Source: Candidatus Opimibacter iunctus (GTDB lineage Bacteria; Bacteroidota; Bacteroidia; Chitinophagales; Saprospiraceae). Taken from it: a stretch of 64,000 bases of DNA. Under the pieces are notes generated by a model. It did no database searches. It was not told where the DNA came from and worked only from the letters and a program-made list of their open reading frames with translations. How positions within the stretch are numbered: position 1 is the stretch's first letter; each line of letters begins with the position of its first letter. This document shows, piece by piece, positions 46,721 through 56,411 of the stretch. The DNA lies in NCBI GenBank assembly GCA_016716665.1, contig JADJVH010000013.1, positions 38,824 to 102,823 on the forward strand, written 5' to 3'. The position numbers and the translations under genes were made by a program.

Positions 46721-48177
46721 TATACCAGCGTCTCTATCGAATGCGCCGCAATCACCTCTTCTATAGCGTTTGATCCCACATAGAGTTTGTAAGTGACCGG
46801 CTTGTTCGTCATATTCAGTACCACAGTAGCCATCGTTCCATCTTCATTTAAAAATGAGGTACTTAACAATACACTTCTGCTGGATGCTGTACTAACACGT
46901 TTCGCATTTGGGCGAATGAACTTCGAAAAATGGCCGATGTAATAATAGGAGGGTGTTAAGATTAATTCTCCTGTACGAGTATCTGCATGTATAGGCGCAA
47001 AGCATAGATTGTTTACATGATTTGGGCCACCTGTTTCATCCAGTAGTAGATTCCAGTCTGTCCAGGCTACGGTTCCCTGGTTGAAATCATTGATCATCGA
47101 TTTACCATATCGCTCCGCATTCGGCCAGTATTGGTATTTGAGGGAATCAAATTTCTCGTTGCATCCTTCTGTAAATATCAGGTTCTTGTCCGGATAGGAT
47201 TCATTGATCTGGTCCAGGTTGCTAAACATCGGCTCTCCTCCGGTCCAGGTTTCATACCAGTGGAATCCGATCCCCCATACATATTGCGCTGCTTCAGGGT
47301 CACTCAGGATGACTTCAGCACGATGATTGATGAGGTCCCGGTTGTGGTCCCACACAATGATTTTTTTCTCACCCAATCCTTCCTTTTTCAGCGTAGGCCC
47401 TAAATGGTTTTTTAAAAAATCACGCTCTTCTTCTGCAGTATAAATGCATGACTCCCACGTTTGTGTAGCCATCGGCTCGTTCTGCACAGTCAATCCCCAG
47501 ATAGGAATGTCCAGTGCTTCGTACGCCTTGATAAACTTTGCATAGTACTGTGCCCATGATGGATAAAATGCAGGCAATAGTTTTCCACCGCGCAACATAT
47601 TCTTGTTGTCTTTCATAAATGCTGGTGGGCTCCATGGGCTCACATAAAGCGGAATCCGGCCTCCTGCAGTTTCAATGATTCTCTTGATCAGCGGGATACG
47701 ATGTTTTTTGTCGTGTTCGATATTGAACGTCCCCAATGCTTTGTCTTCATCAGAAACATACGTATAGCTCTCACTACTAAAATCACAACTATGGATCGTG
47801 GTTCGAATGAGCGAGTATCCAATGCCTTCAGCCTGATCAAAATAGGCTTTTAAAAAGGCCTGTTGGTTTTCTGGCGGCAGGGTAGCAAAAACTTCTGCGG
47901 TCGCGTCTGTGACTGCGCCTCCGATGCCCATGAAGGATTGAAATGTTTTGGCAGGATTGACAAAGATGGCTACTTCTGTTTCCAATGGTTGCTTTGCTGC
48001 CTGGAATGATTTCGTCCCTGTTGGTGTCAGGCGCAGTGCAGAACTATCGGCCGTCGTATAAATTTTTACTTCCTTTCCTTTGACATCATATGACGCAGGC
48101 GCTATTTCAGATGTTGAAGGTTGTGTACATCCGGAAAAGAAAACCCACAACGCTGTAATGACTATTGGTAGTTTCAT
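46717..48177 (-). CDS. Glycoside hydrolase family 30 (glucosylceramidase-like, GH30_1-type), lipoprotein
   Basis: Strong resemblance to GBA-type GH30: FMGIGGAVTDATAEVF, IGYSLIRTTIHSCDFS, LYVSPWSPPAFMK, the acid/base motif VQNEP and the nucleophile motif LIFTEGC. Signal peptide plus Cys (FFSGC). Confidence 0.85.
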   Translation of the reverse strand: MKLPIVITALWVFFSGCTQPSTSEIAPASYDVKGKEVKIYTTADSSALRLTPTGTKSFQAAKQPLETEVAIFVNPAKTFQSFMGIGGAVTDATAEVFATLPPENQQAFLKAYFDQAEGIGYSLIRTTIHSCDFSSESYTYVSDEDKALGTFNIEHDKKHRIPLIKRIIETAGGRIPLYVSPWSPPAFMKDNKNMLRGGKLLPAFYPSWAQYYAKFIKAYEALDIPIWGLTVQNEPMATQTWESCIYTAEEERDFLKNHLGPTLKKEGLGEKKIIVWDHNRDLINHRAEVILSDPEAAQYVWGIGFHWYETWTGGEPMFSNLDQINESYPDKNLIFTEGCNEKFDSLKYQYWPNAERYGKSMINDFNQGTVAWTDWNLLLDETGGPNHVNNLCFAPIHADTRTGELILTPSYYYIGHFSKFIRPNAKRVSTASSRSVLLSTSFLNEDGTMATVVLNMTNKPVTYKLYVGSNAIEEVIAAHSIETLVY

Positions 48178-48249
48178 GAATTTTTATTTTGGCCTGTTGC
48201 TGTGTTCAACAGCGTGCCAGGTGGAAGTGCTATACTATTTGATACGATG

Positions 48250-49677
48250 TTACCAAACGAAGGTACCTACTGTCGAAGGCTGCAACGAAGCAGTGATCCA
48301 CTGGTCTCCTACATGAATGTTGAAGGATTGAAGGGTGGCACTTTCATTGAGTGCGATCAGCACGTATTTGCCCTCCGGGGTCATGAAAGCTACATTGCGC
48401 AATGCACCTGGTATAGTACTTCCTATGCGAATGGAACCGGGAGGCACAAATTTGGAGGCATGTCCAATGATGTAGTAGCTCACATTTTTGGTAGCATTCG
48501 AACCATCAATCGTTACCGCACCTTTGCATTGGGTACAACCTCCAGGAGTATGCGGGCCAAAACTAGGGTCATTAGCCAGATTCCATTCCAGGGCCACCTG
48601 GCTCCAGTTACGCATCGTACCGATGATGACGTTTTTCATGTGCCACTTCAGGTCACCATCAAAGTTGCTATTGGATCCTGTCCATTGTTCAGTGAAGTAT
48701 AAAGCCTTGTCCGGGTGTGCCTCATGCACTTGCGAAAGCGCGCTCACATCGCCTTCATAGAGATGGAATGCAGAGCCATGTACAAAACTTTTGGCAGCAG
48801 GATCATTCAGTATTTCAATCGGGTAGTCAGGCCGGTTGCAATTATGATCCCAGACTACAATCTTGGTAGTGATACCAGCAGCCTGAAAAGCAGGCCCCAA
48901 ATGGTTTTTTATAAAATCAGTCTGATGTGCCGCTGACATGACCAGGCTCGGATTGTTGCCGCCATGTTGCGGTTCGTTCTGAGGGGTGATGGCATCGATT
49001 GTAATGCCATTGGCCTTCATCGCCTGGATATACCTGACAAAGTATTGGGCATAGACACTATAGTGCTGAGGATTCAGATTTCCTCCGACGCTGTTTTTAT
49101 TACTCTTCATCCACACTGGAGCGCTCCATGGTGACCCCATGATCTTGATATCAGGATTGATGGCGAGTATTTCTTTTAAGATAGGGATTAAATGAAGCGT
49201 ATCTCTCGACAGGCTAAAGTGTTCTAACTGCAGATCTTCGGTCTGGCCGGGCGGCAAATCATCATAACTAAAGACCACAGGATCCAGATCAGAGGCCCCG
49301 ATCGATATCCGCAGGTAACTGACATTGATCGAGTTGCTGCCACTACCAAAAAACTCTTCCAAAAGGGCCTGCCGTGCATTGTCTTCCATCTGGTGGAGGA
49401 GCATCGCACTGCCACCGGTCAGCGTATAGCCAAATCCATCTACTACCTGCAACGTCTCTGCAGGGGTTATGGTGATCTCTGGAAATCGTTCATCAAAACC
49501 GGCGGCATAATCAATGGTCTTGTGATACAGGAGATTGACCTCATTGCCGGACGTGGTCCATACTTTAACCGGAAGTTCAGGTGGTGTATCCGGATCGACA
49601 TCCCCGTTGGATTTATTACAGGCTATCGCACTCCAGAGGAGCACGGCCAGTAAGTAAATAGGTATTCCGATTTTCAT
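48250..49677 (-). CDS. Glycoside hydrolase family 30 (beta-1,6-glucanase-like, GH30_3-type), lipoprotein
   Basis: GFGYTLTGGSAMLL, IMGSPWSAPVWMK, PQNEPQHGG (acid/base) and LYFTEQW (nucleophile). Lipoprotein signal ...SAIAC. Confidence 0.75.
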   Translation of the reverse strand: MKIGIPIYLLAVLLWSAIACNKSNGDVDPDTPPELPVKVWTTSGNEVNLLYHKTIDYAAGFDERFPEITITPAETLQVVDGFGYTLTGGSAMLLHQMEDNARQALLEEFFGSGSNSINVSYLRISIGASDLDPVVFSYDDLPPGQTEDLQLEHFSLSRDTLHLIPILKEILAINPDIKIMGSPWSAPVWMKSNKNSVGGNLNPQHYSVYAQYFVRYIQAMKANGITIDAITPQNEPQHGGNNPSLVMSAAHQTDFIKNHLGPAFQAAGITTKIVVWDHNCNRPDYPIEILNDPAAKSFVHGSAFHLYEGDVSALSQVHEAHPDKALYFTEQWTGSNSNFDGDLKWHMKNVIIGTMRNWSQVALEWNLANDPSFGPHTPGGCTQCKGAVTIDGSNATKNVSYYIIGHASKFVPPGSIRIGSTIPGALRNVAFMTPEGKYVLIALNESATLQSFNIHVGDQWITASLQPSTVGTFVW

Positions 49678-49727
49678 TTTTATCCGTCTGGTTTTTAACT
49701 TACGATCGTACTATCACGTCCTGTTTT

Positions 49728-51191
49728 TCAATAACCCGCATTCTGTGTAAGGTTAGCATTTTTATCCAGTTCCGCTTGTGGGATAGGCCATAGCAGACGT
49801 TCTGTGGTCAATGCATAACCTATTGGATTGCCATCAGCGCCTTTTGTAGCACTCATCACTTCAATCGCCCGGCCTGTTCGTTTCAGATCATACCACCTGA
49901 CGCCTTCATACGCCAGTTCCAGGCGTCGTTCCTTTTCGATCGCAAGTCGCATGGCAGCTTGTGAGTTCGCTGTCGTAGGATTTAAATTTACCCGCTCCCG
50001 GATTTGGTTGACGATCGCAGCAGCTCCATTTACATCACCTGACTCATTGAGCGCTTCCGCCTTCAGGAGCAGGATGTCAGCCAGACGGATAAAGATATAG
50101 TTCTGTGCGCCATCGCCTCCGAAATTGCGCCATTTATTGATAAAAGGATAATGTGTTTGTGGATAATGAGGGTCTGACCATAGTCCGGATACATCTTCAA
50201 AAATGATGGATGCATTTTTACGGATCAAGTCATTCTCTGCATCAAATGCAGCAATCAGGTCATTGGAAGGCAGGTTGAATTTCTTCCAGTCCACACCTCT
50301 GAAGATATTCACACCCCAGTTGCCATCCGTCGACCCACCTGAATAGTTGATTTCAAAGATGGATTCGGCTGAGTTTTTCATCGCATTGTCCCAAAGTTGA
50401 TCGAACTCAGGCAATAAAGCATAGCCTCCTGAGATCACTGCATCACAGTATTGATTCACTTTAGCCCAGTCGTGAGGTTCCTGTGCTGCATAGACTTTAG
50501 CCAGCACAGCATTGACAGCGCCGGTAGTCGCAAATCCCTTGTGAGGGGCTGTGGCGCGTACACGGGGCAATGCAGTCTCCAGATCTGCAATGATCTGAGT
50601 GTATACTTCTTCTTTAGGGGACCGTGCAGGAAATATCTGCGCGTAGATCTCATCCAGTTTTTCAGCACTGATGGTGGTGACTTCTTTCAGTTGTAGCGGA
50701 ACATCACCCCATAATTGTACTAACTGGAAGTACATGAACGCACGAATGAAAGAGGCTTCTCCAATGATTTCCTCCAGCCGCGCAGGAGTTAATTCCGGAT
50801 CATTGACCGCTCTGGCATTGTTGATGATGTTGTTTACTTTTCCAATGGTGGAGTAGAGGTATGCCCAGTCGCGGCTGACATTTCTGTTGACGGCATCTAA
50901 CTGATAGTCATCAATCTGAAAGTTATCCGGGTTGTCACCTCCGGCATACGCATCATCTGACTGTGCATCACCATTGACAAAATAGTCCAGTTGGAAATAT
51001 TCGTTTTTGAAATCCCCGTAGGCACCTGCCAGCGCAGACTCAAGCTCAGAAGCAGATTTGAAATAGATTGAATCTGCATCGGAATTTTCTATAGCAATAC
51101 CTTGTGAATGAGGCTCCAGTTCCAGAAAATTATCACAGGCATAGAAGGAGGTCAGGCAGAGGAGCGCAAGAAAAGGAGTATATTTTTTCAT
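49728..51191 (-). CDS. susD: SusD/RagB-family nutrient-binding outer-membrane lipoprotein
   Basis: 487 aa with lipobox LTSFYAC. RLELAYEGVRWYDLKR is typical of SusD. It lies immediately downstream of susC. Confidence 0.9.
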   Translation of the reverse strand: MKKYTPFLALLCLTSFYACDNFLELEPHSQGIAIENSDADSIYFKSASELESALAGAYGDFKNEYFQLDYFVNGDAQSDDAYAGGDNPDNFQIDDYQLDAVNRNVSRDWAYLYSTIGKVNNIINNARAVNDPELTPARLEEIIGEASFIRAFMYFQLVQLWGDVPLQLKEVTTISAEKLDEIYAQIFPARSPKEEVYTQIIADLETALPRVRATAPHKGFATTGAVNAVLAKVYAAQEPHDWAKVNQYCDAVISGGYALLPEFDQLWDNAMKNSAESIFEINYSGGSTDGNWGVNIFRGVDWKKFNLPSNDLIAAFDAENDLIRKNASIIFEDVSGLWSDPHYPQTHYPFINKWRNFGGDGAQNYIFIRLADILLLKAEALNESGDVNGAAAIVNQIRERVNLNPTTANSQAAMRLAIEKERRLELAYEGVRWYDLKRTGRAIEVMSATKGADGNPIGYALTTERLLWPIPQAELDKNANLTQNAGY

Positions 51192-51203
51192 CGTTGTATT
51201 TTT

Positions 51204-54125
51204 TTAGAATTCCACATTGACGCCAAACGTAATCGTGCGGGATTGCGGATAGGTACCATAATCTATACCGTGCTCAGTAGCGCTTCTGCCAAAGGCATTC
51301 ACCTCCGGATCAAAACCGCTGTATTTTGTAAAGGTCAATAAATTCTGCCCGGTCACATACAGGGATAGCTTCTGGATTTTCATGCGCTCCAGGCTTTTTG
51401 GATTGATATTGTAAGCAAGGGTCAAGGATTTTAAGCGCAGGTAGGATCCATCTTCCACAAAGCGAGTCGAATTTCGAACGTTGTTGATGTTGCCACCACC
51501 AATAGCTCTGGGGATGTCCGTGATACGGTTAGTAGGCGTCCATCTGTCAAGCACAGCAATAGATTGGTTTTTACTATCAAACATACCTTCCAGGTCGATA
51601 CGTGTTGCATTGAATATATCATTACCCTGGCTACCCTGGAAGAAGATGTTGAGATCGAAATTTTTCCACGACAAGGTATTTGTAAATCCATAGGTGAAAT
51701 CTGGATTGCCATCACCGATGATCGTACGATCTCCCGGATCAAACATTCCGTTTTCATTGTCGTCTTTGTAGTTCAGATCACCTGTTTCTTCATCAACCCC
51801 TTCCGAGATGTAACCATAGAATACCCCGAGTGGTAACCCGGCACGTACGATAGACACATCCTGGTTGTTGCTGTAGATTCGTCCGAAGTAGTACACTTCT
51901 GTATAATCCAATTCAAGCACTTTGTTTTTGTTGAAAGAGATATTAAAATCAGTTGTCCATTTGAAGTCACCAGTGGTGTTGATTGTCCCAAGTGCAAATT
52001 CAAGTCCTTTGTTTTCAATCACCCCTGCATTCGTTTGGATCGTAGAGATCGGGAGTGAATTGGAAAGTTGCACATTCATCAGCAGGTCATCCGTTTTCTT
52101 GTAATAGGCATCTGCAGAAAAATTCACTCTGCCTGTCCATAGGGACAGGTCAAGACCGATATTCGATTGAGTAGTAGTTTCCCAACGAAGGTCTGGATTT
52201 CCATAGGTCACCTGGGAAGAGGCCGGACCTGACAGTGGATTGGTCTGCGGCTGGCGGTAGTACGATACCAGGCCATATTGTGCATAGTTAGGGATGCCTT
52301 CCTGGTTGCCGTTTTTACCCCAGCCAAAGCGCAGTTTCATATCGTATATCGCATCAAACGATTGCATAAAAGGTTCTGCTGAAATACGCCATCCAAGGGA
52401 GACAGATGGCATCGTGCCCCATGGGTCTGCGAGCTTTGAGGAGCCATCTCTGCGCAGCGTTGCTGTAAGGAGGTATTTGCTTTTGTAATTGTACATATAC
52501 CTTCCGAAAAAAGAAGCCAGAGCCCATTCCTGCACATCGGTCGAACCCGAGATCACATTGGCGGCATTTAAAGTCTGTACATTGATATCATCCGGATAAT
52601 CTGTGCCATATAAGTAAGAATCACTCCATTTTGATTTTTGAATACTGCTTCCGATCAGGAATGACATATGGTGATCATCAAAATCCCTGGTGTAGTTAGC
52701 TGTGTTTTCCCAAAGCAGGATGTTGCTATTGGATTTGTCAGCCTGGCCTATTCCATTATTGTTGCGGCCATAAGTGGTCTTGAACGGATCGAGATAGTAA
52801 TCCCACTGGTGGGAATTGATATCTGCTCCGAAATTGGTTTTTAAGGAGAAGCCTTCAAATAGCTTAGCCTCAAGTGTGACATTTCCAAAAAGTCGTGTAT
52901 CAGTTGCTTCCTGTTCTGCGCCAAACATATACGCAATCGGATTTTCCCACGAGGGCTGGAGTGGATTAGGATCATATTGACCACTGCCGTCGTCTTTATA
53001 GATACTAAGGAATGGGGGCGTATTCAATGCGCTCATGATGACACCACCGCGACCACTGCTGGCATTGTCTGGCGTATCCTTTGTGCTGGAGCGGAGTAAA
53101 TTCATGTTCACACCGATCGTCAGCCACTTTGTGGCCTGATTATCGAGATTGAGACGCAGTGAGTAGCGATCAAAGCGTGCTGGTTCAGCTATACCGGTTT
53201 GACTTAAATAATTTGCAGAGATCAGATAGCGTGTGACTTCAGTGCCCCCCTGGAAAGCAAGCTGATAACTTTGAGTGGTACCTGTTCCAAAGGTTTCGTC
53301 TTGCCAGTTTGTATATGATGTCTCCGATGGATCCATGGCCCCGGGTGCAATCTGATTCATGAGATCCCGGTATTGTTTAGTAGTCAGGGTTTCAATGGTC
53401 TTTCGGATATCAGATACGCCATAGTAGGCATTGAAGGCAATGGTCGTTTTGCCTGATACCCCTCGCTTGGTAGTGATGATCACTACGCCATTAGCAGCGC
53501 GTGCTCCATAGATGGCAGCAGAGGATGCATCTTTCAATACAGTCATGGATTCAATGTCCGTAGGATTCAATCCGCGTATGTCTGTGGTAGGGACACCATC
53601 GACTACATAGAGTGGCTCATTACCGGCAAGTACAGAAGTACTCCCACGCACTCTGACGGCAATATCTCCACCCGGCTTGCCCGAAGGTTGTACTACCTGC
53701 ACACCGGCAGCTGTGCCTTGCAGGGCTTCAGCGGCAGATACCATTGGCCGGTTTTTAATGGTTTCTTCTCCCACCGTCACCACAGCAGTAGTCACATCAG
53801 CTTTACGTTGTGTGCCGTAGCCGATGACCACCACATCATTGAGGCTTATGTTGGAAACCTCCAGGACAGCGTCAATAGTGAAGTTATCGCCAATTGGTAT
53901 TTCGACTGGTTCATAACCAGTGTATGAAAACACAATTGTGCCTTGTGTTGCTTCAAGACTATAAGTACCATCTGCCTGAGTGACCGTGCCGATGGTGGTA
54001 CCTTTCAGCATGACTACCGCTCCTATGAGTGGTTCGCCTTGAGCATCAGTGACCGTGCCACTGATTTGCGCTTGAAGGTTTATGGCAATGAATAGACAGA
54101 TGAGGGTATATATGACTTTGATCAT
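51204..54125 (-). CDS. susC: SusC/RagA-family TonB-dependent outer-membrane transporter
   Basis: ATG at 54125 (MIKVIYTLICLFIAINLQAQ). Carboxypeptidase-regulatory-like domain ISGTVTDAQGEPLIGAVVMLKGTTIGTVTQADGTYSL. The plug contains the TonB-box-like VVVIGYGTQRK. C-terminal ...TFGVNVEF. Confidence 0.95.
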   Translation of the reverse strand: MIKVIYTLICLFIAINLQAQISGTVTDAQGEPLIGAVVMLKGTTIGTVTQADGTYSLEATQGTIVFSYTGYEPVEIPIGDNFTIDAVLEVSNISLNDVVVIGYGTQRKADVTTAVVTVGEETIKNRPMVSAAEALQGTAAGVQVVQPSGKPGGDIAVRVRGSTSVLAGNEPLYVVDGVPTTDIRGLNPTDIESMTVLKDASSAAIYGARAANGVVIITTKRGVSGKTTIAFNAYYGVSDIRKTIETLTTKQYRDLMNQIAPGAMDPSETSYTNWQDETFGTGTTQSYQLAFQGGTEVTRYLISANYLSQTGIAEPARFDRYSLRLNLDNQATKWLTIGVNMNLLRSSTKDTPDNASSGRGGVIMSALNTPPFLSIYKDDGSGQYDPNPLQPSWENPIAYMFGAEQEATDTRLFGNVTLEAKLFEGFSLKTNFGADINSHQWDYYLDPFKTTYGRNNNGIGQADKSNSNILLWENTANYTRDFDDHHMSFLIGSSIQKSKWSDSYLYGTDYPDDINVQTLNAANVISGSTDVQEWALASFFGRYMYNYKSKYLLTATLRRDGSSKLADPWGTMPSVSLGWRISAEPFMQSFDAIYDMKLRFGWGKNGNQEGIPNYAQYGLVSYYRQPQTNPLSGPASSQVTYGNPDLRWETTTQSNIGLDLSLWTGRVNFSADAYYKKTDDLLMNVQLSNSLPISTIQTNAGVIENKGLEFALGTINTTGDFKWTTDFNISFNKNKVLELDYTEVYYFGRIYSNNQDVSIVRAGLPLGVFYGYISEGVDEETGDLNYKDDNENGMFDPGDRTIIGDGNPDFTYGFTNTLSWKNFDLNIFFQGSQGNDIFNATRIDLEGMFDSKNQSIAVLDRWTPTNRITDIPRAIGGGNINNVRNSTRFVEDGSYLRLKSLTLAYNINPKSLERMKIQKLSLYVTGQNLLTFTKYSGFDPEVNAFGRSATEHGIDYGTYPQSRTITFGVNVEF

Positions 54126-54242
54126 ATGGGTTTGACTTGAGTTAAACAGGATGAGCATCCACATGCAGATTCATGAGAGCATCTCAGCACAACAACAGCT
54201 TTTATTGTTTCGCCTTTATGCTCAATACAAAGAGTAAAGAGA

Positions 54243-54273
54243 GGCACACGGAAAATTAAAATTTCCGTGTGCC
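54243..54273 (-). terminator. Strong hairpin (12-bp stem) between the PKD-domain gene and susC; terminator or attenuator
   Basis: ggcacacggaaa attaaaa tttccgtgtgcc. On the minus strand it is followed by the T-rich tctctttactcttt. Confidence 0.6.
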
Positions 54274-54294
54274 CAGAATAAAACCAGATATAGA

Positions 54295-56038
54295 TTAGCG
54301 TACTAAGACGACAGTCCAGCCTTGAGATCCATCATGTGCTGCTGTATAATCAACAGACACGGTCATGGTTTCAGTAGTGCCATCATTGACATAGCTCATG
54401 ACTTCGTACTGCGTAGCGGTCAGTCCACCATTTGGAAGTTTAGTACCATCTGTATTTTCACCGCCATAATAGCCTTTGTAGAATCCAAGGAAAGCTGCCC
54501 CTGATGTGCCATTTTGCAGATGGATAATAGGTCTTCCTGAAGGTGATGCAGATGCTTCCGTAAAAGTCCAGGTATGTATTCCTGATCCAAAAGCCGCACC
54601 ATTACCACTGGCTGCTACCTGTGCATCAGACCAGCATCCGTTAGGAGTGCCCATGTATCCGTCATTGCGGGCGTCACCATTTGTCTTGTATTCATACACA
54701 CCGCCGGCACTGAAGATGAATTCATCATTGGTGATGCATGACCAGTCGTCTCCACCGGATGACGTGCCATCAAGGAAATTAGCAGGTACCTGCCACCAGT
54801 CAGGTTTGCCCAGTCCGGGACCAACAAAAATTGAGGTAGCTGCATTGCGTACGCGCCATGCTCCACCGATCAGGTTGCCTGCGGTCATGTCTCCGGAGAT
54901 GGTAACCATCTTTGTGGCTACAGCAATACCGCTGCCTTTTGTTCCGGTGAGCGTTACAGTATACAAGCCTGGATTTGCATATGTATGGACTGGATTGGCT
55001 TCCGCGGAGGTATTTCCATCCCCAAAGTTCCAGTTGTAGCTCGTAGCGTCATATGAAAGGTTAGTAAACGTTGCGACCTTTTCTGCTACGTTCGCATGAA
55101 ACCACTACTGGTGGTTCAGCAGCAGGATTGTCATAATGCACCAGGGTAATTCTCCAGTAAGCATCATCAGTTCCTGATGTATTTCCTCCAAACTTGTAAT
55201 TGGATTCCAGGATCAGCGTGTCGGTTGTGCCTTCAGACAATTTGACGAGGTCATACTGAACAGAAGTCTGAGGTACACTGACCTCTGCATCAGTTCCGAT
55301 TTTAGGCAGGGCAATGAAAGCACCGAGTCCGGATACGGTCAGTTGACCACTCCCCAGTGAAAACGTGTGCACACCATCGCCAAAAGCAGACTGATCAATT
55401 CCGCCCGGACCTACCAGGTTAGCTGGCGTTGTGGCAAAGCAATCGTTGGCGGGCTCAAATACCCCACCTTCAGCCCAAAAGTCACCGTTTGAGTTGTAGG
55501 TAAAGGTTCCGTCCCGGTTGAAAATGAATTCATCATTCATGGTGCATGGACGTTTGATGATATCATCATTCTCTCTTCCAAGCGCCCACCAAACAACGGA
55601 TCTGTCAAAAGGGCCTACTTCCAATGGCCAGCGACCTAGACTAACGGAGCGCAGTAACTTCCAGGATTTAGAACTCGTACCTGCCAGGATAGCCAGATCT
55701 GCTGCGGTATTGGAAATGGATACGGATTGGGTTACGACATCCGAGTTGCTGCCCTTGGTGGCGGTCAGGGTGACAGTATAGTTGCCGTCCTGGGCATAGG
55801 TATGCACAGGGTTTACATCCGTTGAGGCAGCTGTATTGTCCCCAAAATTCCAGGAAACAGCGTCATAATTTTGGGACGTATTGGTGAAAGTCACCTTCTT
55901 GTAATTGTCCATAGACACTTCAAACGAAAATCCTGCAATGACTTCAGGTGTCGGATTGTCGTCATTTTTACAGGAGTAAGCTAATAATAAGGTGGCTGAA
56001 AAAAGGATCAGCCAGGTCCTTTGTAATGCATTTCTCAT
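54295..56038 (-). pseudogene. PKD-domain surface lipoprotein (probable surface glycan-binding protein) made of two [PKD + conserved ~200-aa domain] units; split by a 1-nt frameshift at about 55064-55104
   Basis: ORF 55061-56038 has the lipobox (LLLAYSC), a PKD domain (WNFGDNTAASTDVNPVHTYAQDGNYTVTLTA) and a domain containing CTMNDEFIFNRDGTFTY. The frame open from 55104 reads FHANVAEKVATFTNLSYDATSYNWNFGDGNTSAEANPVHTYANPGLYTVTLTG, a second PKD domain. It continues into ORF 54295-54966 with a paralogous domain (CITNDEFIFSAGGVYEY). There is no start codon or signal peptide for a separate second gene. Confidence 0.7.
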
Positions 56039-56411
56039 AAAAGTTAGTTTAAATTTTAGTTATCATTTAGGTAGCAAAAGAGCCCTACCCGAGGCCTTTT
56101 ATTCATTTTGACTACCTGACAAGCCCCTCTTTCCAGAGGATTCGGATGCATGGCGTCAATAAGGTGCGTTTCAGAATTAAAATTGACTATTCAAGCCAAA
56201 GTCAGAATTAATGCCCAATAAGGGGAAATCGCCTGATTTTAAATTTGGCAAAACCATAATTTCTTATGCCGACAAATCACGATAAAAGGGTAGGAATTTG
56301 CTAATTTTTGCACCTGACAAATACTCGACAAGGTAAAATTTGGGAAAATTTTATCCCTTCGAGCCAAAGGGGGCCCATTTGAGCAGCTCATATCCGGGGC
56401 AAAAGAGAGTC

